From Vulcanimicrobiales bacterium (GTDB taxonomy: Bacteria > Vulcanimicrobiota > Vulcanimicrobiia > Vulcanimicrobiales > Vulcanimicrobiaceae): a stretch of DNA of 64,000 nucleotides. The stretch lies in contig JBBQQR010000004.1 in assembly GCA_038215615.1 (NCBI GenBank), forward strand, positions 73,888 to 137,887. Reading direction: 5' to 3'. Below, piece after piece: positions 57,221 to 64,000 of the stretch. Position numbers and translations under genes: made by a program. The notes under the pieces were generated by a model, which saw nothing but the letters and a program-made list of their open reading frames with translations, ran no database searches and had not been told where the DNA came from. Within the stretch, counting starts at the first letter, position 1, and every line of letters starts with the position of its first letter.

Positions 57221-57988
57221 CTATTTTCCGGAATGAAATCGACGCAAGCCGTACAGACTCAAGTGCGGATTCACCGCGTGGATGATCTTGGTGTGACGCG
57301 CAACCACTTCTGCCATTCCGCCCGTCGCGACGACCTTCGCGTCGGTACCGAGTTCCGCTCGGATGCGAGCGACCAGCGCCTCTGTTTGGCCGACAAAACC
57401 GTAAACGATTCCCGACTGCAGCGCGGAGATCGTATCCGTCCCGAGCGCTTTGCCGGGAGCTTCCAGCGCGATCTGCGGGAGTTTCGCCGTACGTTCCACC
57501 AGCGCGTCGATGGAAATGCCGATGCCGGGGGCGATCGCGACGCCGAGATAGAGCCCTTGCGGATCGATGGCCATGAACACCGTTGCGGTACCATAGCTAA
57601 TCACGATGAGCGGCGCGCCGTACAGTTCTTGCGCGCCGATCGCCGCCGCAACCAGATCCGCTCCGACTTCGCCCGGGCGATCCGTACCGATGCGCATGAG
57701 CGTTTGCCGGTGCGCTTTGAAAAAGACCGGCAGGCTGTTGAAATAGCGCGAGCACGCTTCTTCCAGCGTTTGATCGAGATTGGGAACGACGCTCGCAACC
57801 ACGATCGCGTCGACGTCCGCCGGACGGAGCGGAGTGGTTCCGAAGAGCTGCACAAAAAGCGCGCCGAGTTCGTCGGCCGTGCGTTTGGGGTCGGTGCGAA
57901 TACGCCAAGCCTGCACGAGCTCCGGTTGCCCGGCCGCGAAACAGCCGAGCTTGGTTTCAGTATTGCCGACGTCAACCGTTAATAACAA
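57221..57988 (-). CDS. coaX: Type III pantothenate kinase
   Basis: LTVDVGNT, ASVVP, VGAD, GTAT, IAPG, ATGG. Confidence 0.95.
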   Translation of the reverse strand: MLLTVDVGNTETKLGCFAAGQPELVQAWRIRTDPKRTADELGALFVQLFGTTPLRPADVDAIVVASVVPNLDQTLEEACSRYFNSLPVFFKAHRQTLMRIGTDRPGEVGADLVAAAIGAQELYGAPLIVISYGTATVFMAIDPQGLYLGVAIAPGIGISIDALVERTAKLPQIALEAPGKALGTDTISALQSGIVYGFVGQTEALVARIRAELGTDAKVVATGGMAEVVARHTKIIHAVNPHLSLYGLRRFHSGK

Positions 57989-58007
57989 TTCAATTCAATC
58001 GTAGGTG

Positions 58008-59225
58008 CTACGCACCGGAGTCCTGAGCGGGGTCGAAGGGAACATCGTTCAGAATGCAATCGAGCAGCCTGGCGGCCAAAACCTCTTTCGAAGCGGCCCC
58101 TAGGTCGCGCCGGCCATCGTTTCCCCACAACACGGTCAATGCGTTATTTTGCGCGCCGAAGCCGCGCCCGCCCGCAACGTCGTTCACGACGATCGCGTCG
58201 AGATGTTTACGCGTCATCTTTTCGCGCGCGTTGGTTTCATGATTCTCCGTTTCGGCGGCGAATCCGATAACGATCCCGCGGTGCTTTTCACGACCGATCG
58301 CCGCAAGCACGTCAGGCGTGCGCACCATGCGCACGTCGAGATCGCCTTCGCCCTTTTTCGTCTTTTGCGGTGACGAGGTCTCCGGACGCCAATCGGAGAC
58401 GGCGGCGGTTGCGATGATCAGATCCGCGCTCTTAGCCGGCCCGACCGCCGCAGCGTACATGTCCTGCGCCGAGACGACGTCGAGAACTTCCACACCCGCG
58501 GGCGCCGCCAGATGCGTCGGGCCAAGAATGAGCGTCACCTCCGCGCCACGCAGCACGGCTTCGCGCGCGAGCGCAATGCCGGTCGCGCCCGTTGACGGAT
58601 TGCTGACGAATCGAACGGGATCGAAGGCTTCGCGCGTGGGCCCGCCCGTGATCAGCACGCGCTTTCCTTTCAACGATTGGGTGCGCGTAAGAATCGTTTC
58701 CAGCGCTTGCAAGATCGCATCCTCGGATGCGAGGCGGCCGATGCCGGTCTCGCGTTCCGCCAAAAAACCGCTCTCGGGTTCGGCGAATTCGTAGCCGCGC
58801 TCGCGCAGCGTGCGCAGATTGGCTTGCGTCGCCGGATCGTTGTACATTGCGTCGTTCATTGCCGGCGCGATCAGTACCGGGATGCGGGCCGCGAGCAGCG
58901 CGCTCGTCACCAAGTCATCAGCGATACCTTGCACGAGCTTTGCGATGACGTCAGCTGTAGCCGGCGCAACGATCGCAACCTGCGCTTCGCGCACCAGGCG
59001 GATGTGCGGAATCGACTCGGGCGCGTCCCAAAGCGACGTATAGACTTGGCGGCCGGTCAATGCAGCGAAGGTCAGCGGACCGACGAATTCTTCAGCTGCC
59101 GCGGTCATGGCGACGTCAACGATAGCCCCCCGCTGCACTAACGCGCTGGTCAATGCCGCGGATTTATAGGCGGCGATGCCGCCGGTGATGCAGAGCAGAA
59201 TGCGCTTGCCGGAAAAAGCGCTCAT
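58008..59225 (-). CDS. coaBC: Phosphopantothenoylcysteine decarboxylase/ligase
   Basis: TGGIAAYK, APATA, PAMN, GPTRE..DPVRF, AAVSD, GFAAET. Confidence 0.97.
   Translation of the reverse strand: MSAFSGKRILLCITGGIAAYKSAALTSALVQRGAIVDVAMTAAAEEFVGPLTFAALTGRQVYTSLWDAPESIPHIRLVREAQVAIVAPATADVIAKLVQGIADDLVTSALLAARIPVLIAPAMNDAMYNDPATQANLRTLRERGYEFAEPESGFLAERETGIGRLASEDAILQALETILTRTQSLKGKRVLITGGPTREAFDPVRFVSNPSTGATGIALAREAVLRGAEVTLILGPTHLAAPAGVEVLDVVSAQDMYAAAVGPAKSADLIIATAAVSDWRPETSSPQKTKKGEGDLDVRMVRTPDVLAAIGREKHRGIVIGFAAETENHETNAREKMTRKHLDAIVVNDVAGGRGFGAQNNALTVLWGNDGRRDLGAASKEVLAARLLDCILNDVPFDPAQDSGA
58020..58040 (-). repeat. Short repeat family copy at the 3' end of coaBC
   Basis: Minus strand CCCTTCGACCCCGCTCAGGAC, translated PFDPAQD. 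Confidence 0.75.
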
Positions 59226-60049
59226 GGCCGGATCCAAAGGTTATCGAGCAGGCGCGTGCGCCCAAAGCGCGCCGCGCCGATCAGGAAAGCCGGCGCGCGA
59301 AGCGCTTGCAGGCGCGAAAACGTGCGCGCGTCGACCAGGTTGAGGTACTCCAAACGCGCGCGCGGGCTCAAGACGCCGGCCGCCGCTTCGCGAGCCTCCT
59401 CGACGGTTTTTCCGGCCCGGATCTCTTTGAGCATCGTCTGCAACGCTGCGTATAACGTCGGCGCCGCGGCGCGTTCTTCCCCGGAGAGATAGGCGTTGCG
59501 GCTCGACATCGCGAGGCCGTCGGGTTCGCGAACGGTCTCGACGATCTCCACGCGCGTGGTGAAGTTCAAATCCTCGACGAGTTTCGTCAGAACCGCAGCC
59601 TGCTGTGCATCCTTCTGTCCCAAGAAGAGCACGTCCGGCCGCACGATGTTGAGCAGTTTCGCCACGACCGTCGCCACGCCGCGAAAGTGCGCCGGACGCG
59701 CCGCGCCTTCGAAGCGCGTGCCGAGCTTGCCGACGTCAACGAACGTCGTGAAATCCGGCGGATAAATCACGTCTTTCTCCGGCGCGAAGAGCACATCGAC
59801 ACCGGCCCGGGCGAGCTTATCGGTGTCGCTCTCCAAGTCGCGCGGATAGCGTTCGAAGTCTTCTTGCGGTCCAAACTGCATCGGGTTGACGAACAAGCTC
59901 ACCGCAACCGACGTACACGAACCGCGCGCCGCTTCGACCAGCCGCAAGTGTCCGGCGTGCAGCGCGCCCATCGTTGGAACGAAGCCGAGCGGCCGCGTGA
60001 GTTTTTCGAGCTCGGCGCGCACGGGTGCCAGCTCGCTTTCAACCTTCAT
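59222..60049 (-). CDS. panC: Pantoate--beta-alanine ligase
   Basis: VPTMGALHAGH, FVNPMQF, YPR, HFRGVATVV, GQKDAQQ, SSRN, RLLDN. Confidence 0.97.
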   Translation of the reverse strand: MKVESELAPVRAELEKLTRPLGFVPTMGALHAGHLRLVEAARGSCTSVAVSLFVNPMQFGPQEDFERYPRDLESDTDKLARAGVDVLFAPEKDVIYPPDFTTFVDVGKLGTRFEGAARPAHFRGVATVVAKLLNIVRPDVLFLGQKDAQQAAVLTKLVEDLNFTTRVEIVETVREPDGLAMSSRNAYLSGEERAAAPTLYAALQTMLKEIRAGKTVEEAREAAAGVLSPRARLEYLNLVDARTFSRLQALRAPAFLIGAARFGRTRLLDNLWIRP

Positions 60050-60056
60050 CTTCAAG

Positions 60057-60362
60057 TTAGGAGCTGCGCGTAACCCTCAGTACGGTGCGTCCGACCTGGA
60101 ACGGCGTACCGGGCTCGATGCGCTGCTCCCCGCGAACGCGCCGCTCGTTGACGCGCGTCCCGTTGCGGCTCTCGAGATCGCTCAAAAGCAAGCTGCCGGC
60201 ATCGCTGCGCAGGCGCGCATGGCGGCGCGAGATGTAACGGTCGAGGGTAATGCAGGCGCCGGCCAAGGTCTCGTCCCGGCCGATCACGATCTCGTCTTCG
60301 AAGGGCCAGGTCTTCCCGTCAAGCGGCCCGCTCAAGACCTCCAGAACAAAGGTCGAGTGCAT
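60057..60362 (-). CDS. Stand-alone FHA domain protein
   Basis: IGR..ISRRHA..DLESRNGTRVN. Confidence 0.92.
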   Translation of the reverse strand: MHSTFVLEVLSGPLDGKTWPFEDEIVIGRDETLAGACITLDRYISRRHARLRSDAGSLLLSDLESRNGTRVNERRVRGEQRIEPGTPFQVGRTVLRVTRSS

Positions 60363-60414
60363 GAGTGCTAACTATTCTCTGAAAGGGGACGATACTCTCT
60401 AGGGCGGTGAGCTG

Positions 60415-60420
60415 TATAAT
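60415..60420 (+). promoter_or_regulatory. Sigma70 -10 element, probable leaderless promoter
   Basis: Perfect TATAAT 7 nt upstream of GTG at 60428; no SD between. Confidence 0.55.
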
Positions 60421-60427
60421 GGGCACG

Positions 60428-60634
60428 GTGAACGAGCGAATCGACGAGCTGCTCCACCTGATTGAGGTGGAACCCGACGCGCTCCGCGAGGCGGAATTTG
60501 CGCAGGTTGCGTCCATTCTGGAGACGATGGTCGGCAAGACCGTGACCTCGGCCGAGCTCGAAGACACGCGGATCGTCATCACGACCGCCGACGGCAATAA
60601 GTACTTTTTCTACGGTTTTCTGGGCTTAGACTAG
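60428..60634 (+). CDS. Small acidic hypothetical protein
   Basis: 68-aa ORF filling the gap between FHA and PilZ genes. Confidence 0.65.
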   Translation: MNERIDELLHLIEVEPDALREAEFAQVASILETMVGKTVTSAELEDTRIVITTADGNKYFFYGFLGLD

Positions 60635-61002
60635 GTTCGCGCGCGCTGCTGCAGCTCGTGGATGAACTCCACGATCTCGCTTTGGTCGGGCGCCGCAATT
60701 TGCGTGAATGCGACGCCGTGCGCATACTGTTGACGCGACGCATCAAAAAACGAAAGCACTACGCGTCCGCGCACCATCATTTCGCGCTCGCCCCCGGGCA
60801 GCGAAAAACGCATGGTGATGTTTTGGCCGGCACTCAGATCGCCTGTGGTGATCACGCGCATGCCGCCCCCGCTCAAATCCACGGCGCTGCCCTCGAGAGC
60901 CGCGTCGTTTCCCGATACGGTCACGCCCACCGGAAAATCAACGGCGGCGCGGAAAAAGCGGCGCTGCTGCGGGCCCGAGCCCGAGGGTTGCTCTGTGCTC
61001 AC
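60631..61002 (-). CDS. PilZ domain (c-di-GMP-binding) protein
   Basis: QRRFFR (RxxxR) and DLSGGG (DxSxxG) motifs; start uncertain. Confidence 0.92.
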   Translation of the reverse strand: MSTEQPSGSGPQQRRFFRAAVDFPVGVTVSGNDAALEGSAVDLSGGGMRVITTGDLSAGQNITMRFSLPGGEREMMVRGRVVLSFFDASRQQYAHGVAFTQIAAPDQSEIVEFIHELQQRART

Positions 61003-61048
61003 GTGTAGTCGGCTTCTGTATGGAAGCTGAGCGCCCTGCACTCCAATG

Positions 61049-62272
61049 TTAGGAGCTCGTCAACGCGCGCGCGGCGAAAAGCGCGCCCAGAATCGCGTGC
61101 TCGGTGACGATTCCACCTTGCAAATAGACTTCAAACGGTTCGCGCATCGGCGCGTCGCACGAGAGTTCGATCGTGGCTCCGCTGATGAAGGAACCGCCCG
61201 ACATAATGACCGGCTCGGCATAACCCGGCACGGGGCCTGGTTCGGGGCGAAAGCGCGCGTTTACGGGCATAGCCGATTGCAGCCCTTGCGCAAACGCGCG
61301 CAGCCGCGCGGCCGACCCCAGGCGGATCGCCTGCACGATATCGGTTCGCGTTTCGCCGGCGCGAGGGTCGACCTCGTAGCCCAGTTCGCTAAAAAGTGCA
61401 GCGGCAAAGTCTAAACCGCGCAAGCATTGTTCGACAATCAGGGGAGCCACGAACAATCCGTGGATGAAGGCACGGCCAAAGCCGAGCGTCGGGCCGACGC
61501 CGTCTTTGAGTCCGGGCGCATACAAGCGATCGGCGACGCACGCGATCAGGTCGCTGCGGCCGACAATGTACGCTCCACCCGGCGCGAGCGATCCGCCCAG
61601 ATTCTTGATGAGCGATCCAATCGCGAGGTCGGCGCCCACGTGCGTCGGTTCGCGGTCTTCCACGAGCTCGCCGTAACAATTATCGACGACGATCGCCACG
61701 TCGGGACGTTTCTTTTTTATCGCCGCGAAGAGCGGTTCGCACTCCCCAATCGAAAGCGATCGCCGTGGCGCATAGCCGCGCGAACGTTGCACAAATACGG
61801 CCGCCACGTCGCGGTCCTCGAGCGCTTTCTCAATGTCATCGGCTTCCTGATACTTCATCCCCTGACTTACCAACGAGTTCGGCGCGTCAGCGATCGCATT
61901 GCGCAGGGTGTCGTAGGGTCTACCCGTCGCGCTGAGCAGCATTTTACCGTGCGGCACACATGCCGCCAGCGCGGTGACGATCGCGTGCGTGCCGCTGACG
62001 AGCGAAAGCCGCGCGAGAGCTCGCTGCGCGCCGAAAATGCGCGCGAGCAGCGCTTCATATTTAGCCCGTGCCGGATCGTCGTAACCGTAACCGAACGAGC
62101 CGGCAAAATCGCTCTCCGCGACCCCTTCTTCCAAGAATGCCGCGAGCACGTTGGTCTTTACACGCGCTTGCGCGTCGTAGCTGATCTCGGAAACGGTCGC
62201 TTCGGCGCGCAGCGCTGCTTCCCGGACCGGACCCGCGAAACCGAAGCGCTCGCAGAGCAGCTGCACGTTCAC
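61049..62272 (-). CDS. Methionine gamma-lyase family / aluminium-resistance (YnbB-like) PLP enzyme
   Basis: GYGYDD, VSGTHA, GRPYDTL, QRSRGY, VDNCYGE, GSLIKNLGG, TIELSCD, YLQGG; GTGA overlap. Confidence 0.93.
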   Translation of the reverse strand: MNVQLLCERFGFAGPVREAALRAEATVSEISYDAQARVKTNVLAAFLEEGVAESDFAGSFGYGYDDPARAKYEALLARIFGAQRALARLSLVSGTHAIVTALAACVPHGKMLLSATGRPYDTLRNAIADAPNSLVSQGMKYQEADDIEKALEDRDVAAVFVQRSRGYAPRRSLSIGECEPLFAAIKKKRPDVAIVVDNCYGELVEDREPTHVGADLAIGSLIKNLGGSLAPGGAYIVGRSDLIACVADRLYAPGLKDGVGPTLGFGRAFIHGLFVAPLIVEQCLRGLDFAAALFSELGYEVDPRAGETRTDIVQAIRLGSAARLRAFAQGLQSAMPVNARFRPEPGPVPGYAEPVIMSGGSFISGATIELSCDAPMREPFEVYLQGGIVTEHAILGALFAARALTSS

Positions 62273-63390
62273 GGCAACGCCGCCTCGTGCCGTTCGTAAG
62301 CGCGCACGAACGGCAGGTACACCACGGTGGCGAGCGCGATATTGAAGAGCACCAGTATGACGGCCCGCCAATCCAGCGTCGCAAAATAAACCGCGGCCGG
62401 AGCGGGCACGATGCCGGGAATATAAGTGTACGCGCGCGCGACGACATTATTCGCCGTGGCGAAGTATGCGATCGTCGCCGTCATCAGCGGTACGCCGATA
62501 AACGGCACGACGAGAAACGGGTTGGCAACGATCGGCAATCCGAAGAGCAGAGGCTCGTTGATGTTGCATAGAGCCGGACCAACGGTTGCGCGGGCAAGCA
62601 GCCGCAGCCGCGGAGCCCGGCTGAAGAGCAGTAAAAATGCGATCGGCAGCGTCGCGCCTGCGCCGCCGGGGAAGACAAAAAGAAAAAGCGAGACGACCAC
62701 GATGTGCGGCAGCGGCGCATGGTGTAAGAACGCATCGGTGTTTTGGCGCTGCAGCGTCAGGTACAGCGGCGTGATCACCGCGGCGAGTACTGCCGGTCCG
62801 TGCACGCCGACAGTCCACAGCAGCGTTTCGAGCGCGACCACCAGCATCAGAGCGCCGTACGAATCGCCGAGTCTTCCCAGTGGGTGAAGCGCCGCAGCCG
62901 CTGCGTTCGCGGGCGATGCGTGCAAGAGAAAAGCCGTCATGAGCAACGCGAGAACGATCGCGACGCAGCCTACTTCTCCGGCTTTGCCGGCGCGCCGGCC
63001 GGCAGCGGCGGCGCCCGCGACGATCAGTGCTAGGCCTATGGCCAAGAATAGTCCGGTTCCACCGACGAGGTTCAGATATGCCGGCGGATGCCAAAGATCG
63101 ATCGGTTGCGGCAGCGCCAACAAAAAAGCCGCACATGTTGCAGTAACCAGCAGCGCCCGCGGCAGACGCAAATGCAGAGCTAGCCGGTACGACAGAATGG
63201 CGGCCAGTGCCGCAGACATGACGCCGAACCCTGGCAGTTCGGCGGCGACCAGGCGTTGCAAAAACGAACCGCTCCCAAGGAGCATGAATACCGGAATAGC
63301 CGCCAGGAGCGCAAAGAAGCTGCGCGGCAAGCTTTCGCGCACGGCGATCAGTGCGGGCAGATCGCCGAAGGCGCGAAGGGACGCTAGCAG
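62269..63390 (-). CDS. PTS cellobiose/lactose-family EIIC-like membrane protein (CTG start inferred; first GTG at 63342)
   Basis: LWTVGVHG, GGAGATL, NINEPLLFGLPIVANP, YLPFV.AYE. Confidence 0.88.
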   Translation of the reverse strand: MLASLRAFGDLPALIAVRESLPRSFFALLAAIPVFMLLGSGSFLQRLVAAELPGFGVMSAALAAILSYRLALHLRLPRALLVTATCAAFLLALPQPIDLWHPPAYLNLVGGTGLFLAIGLALIVAGAAAAGRRAGKAGEVGCVAIVLALLMTAFLLHASPANAAAAALHPLGRLGDSYGALMLVVALETLLWTVGVHGPAVLAAVITPLYLTLQRQNTDAFLHHAPLPHIVVVSLFLFVFPGGAGATLPIAFLLLFSRAPRLRLLARATVGPALCNINEPLLFGLPIVANPFLVVPFIGVPLMTATIAYFATANNVVARAYTYIPGIVPAPAAVYFATLDWRAVILVLFNIALATVVYLPFVRAYERHEAALP

Positions 63391-63996
63391 TTAGATCTTA
63401 CGGACGACGGCTTCGACGCGTCCGACGATGGTGACATCGTTCGAGAAGATTGGCGCCATCTGCGGATTCTCCGGCTGCAAACGAATGCGTCCGTCTTCCT
63501 TATAGAAGCGCTTGACGGTCGCTTCGTCGTCGACCATGGCCACCACGATCTCACCATTCTCGGCGCTAGGCTGGGGCCGGACTAAAATCAAATCGCCGTC
63601 CAAGATTGCGGCGCCGACCATTGAGTCACCCTGAACGCGCAACATGAACGCGTTGGACGCCCGCGGAGCGAACGACGCCGGCAGCACGAATTCGCCTTCG
63701 ACATTCTCCTGGGCCGTAATCGGAACGCCGGCGGCAACCCGCCCGATGATGGGCATGACAACGCTGTCCGGTGGGTTTCCGCTCGGGGCTTCTCTGCGCA
63801 GCGCGCGCGGCTTCGTAGGGTCCCGGGTGATGTAGCCCCGGCGCTCGAGCGTCTTGAGGTGGGCGTGAATCGTAGACGAGGACGACAGCCCGACCCGCTC
63901 GCCGATCTCACGGACCGACGGCGGATAGCCCCGCTCGGCCCGAAACTCTTCGATGACCTCGAGGATGCGCCGCTGGCGCTCGGTTGCTCCCTCCAT
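63391..63996 (-). CDS. lexA: SOS transcriptional repressor LexA
   Basis: TERQ..IL, GYPPSVREIG, VAAG cleavage site, GDSM, ATVKRF. Confidence 0.97.
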   Translation of the reverse strand: MEGATERQRRILEVIEEFRAERGYPPSVREIGERVGLSSSSTIHAHLKTLERRGYITRDPTKPRALRREAPSGNPPDSVVMPIIGRVAAGVPITAQENVEGEFVLPASFAPRASNAFMLRVQGDSMVGAAILDGDLILVRPQPSAENGEIVVAMVDDEATVKRFYKEDGRIRLQPENPQMAPIFSNDVTIVGRVEAVVRKI

Positions 63997-64000
63997 GCTA

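Overview
High-GC bacterial chromosomal window, mostly housekeeping genes in Firmicutes-like order: rpsF-ssb ... rpsR-rplI-lonC-dnaB; secD-secF-[HIRAN/RecQ-like helicase] ... apt-relA; truA-rplM-rpsI; panC-coaBC-coaX-dusB ... greA-lysS; lexA; korAB; metF. That synteny plus diderm-type exported proteins suggests Vulcanimicrobiota/Eremiobacterota (WPS-2) or a relative (inference only). Accessory material includes a tRNA-Thr(CGU) flanked by a Dam-like methylase/PD-(D/E)XK pair and an HNH nuclease, a 12-kb block splitting the S6-SSB-S18 operon (IF1, zinc-ribbon protein, cytochrome P460-multiheme fusion, HiPIP, rhodanese-MBL, propeller+MoaD pair), and a lectin-propeller/glycosidase-like protein. Main observations: (1) a four-gene operon with a split PigE/TamH-like reductase plus class III aminotransferase and a START/SRPBCC protein, a candidate fatty-amine (alkylamine lipid) pathway, bracketed by 34-bp direct repeats; (2) several conserved genes (truA, lysS, DUF3810, PTS EIIC) whose family-like N-termini reach the upstream stop codon but have no ATG/GTG/TTG, suggesting re-initiation at near-cognate codons or readthrough; (3) a short repeat family inserted in-frame into coding sequences. 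No CRISPR array, rRNA, integrase or transposase was seen. All family assignments come from motif recognition, not database searches.
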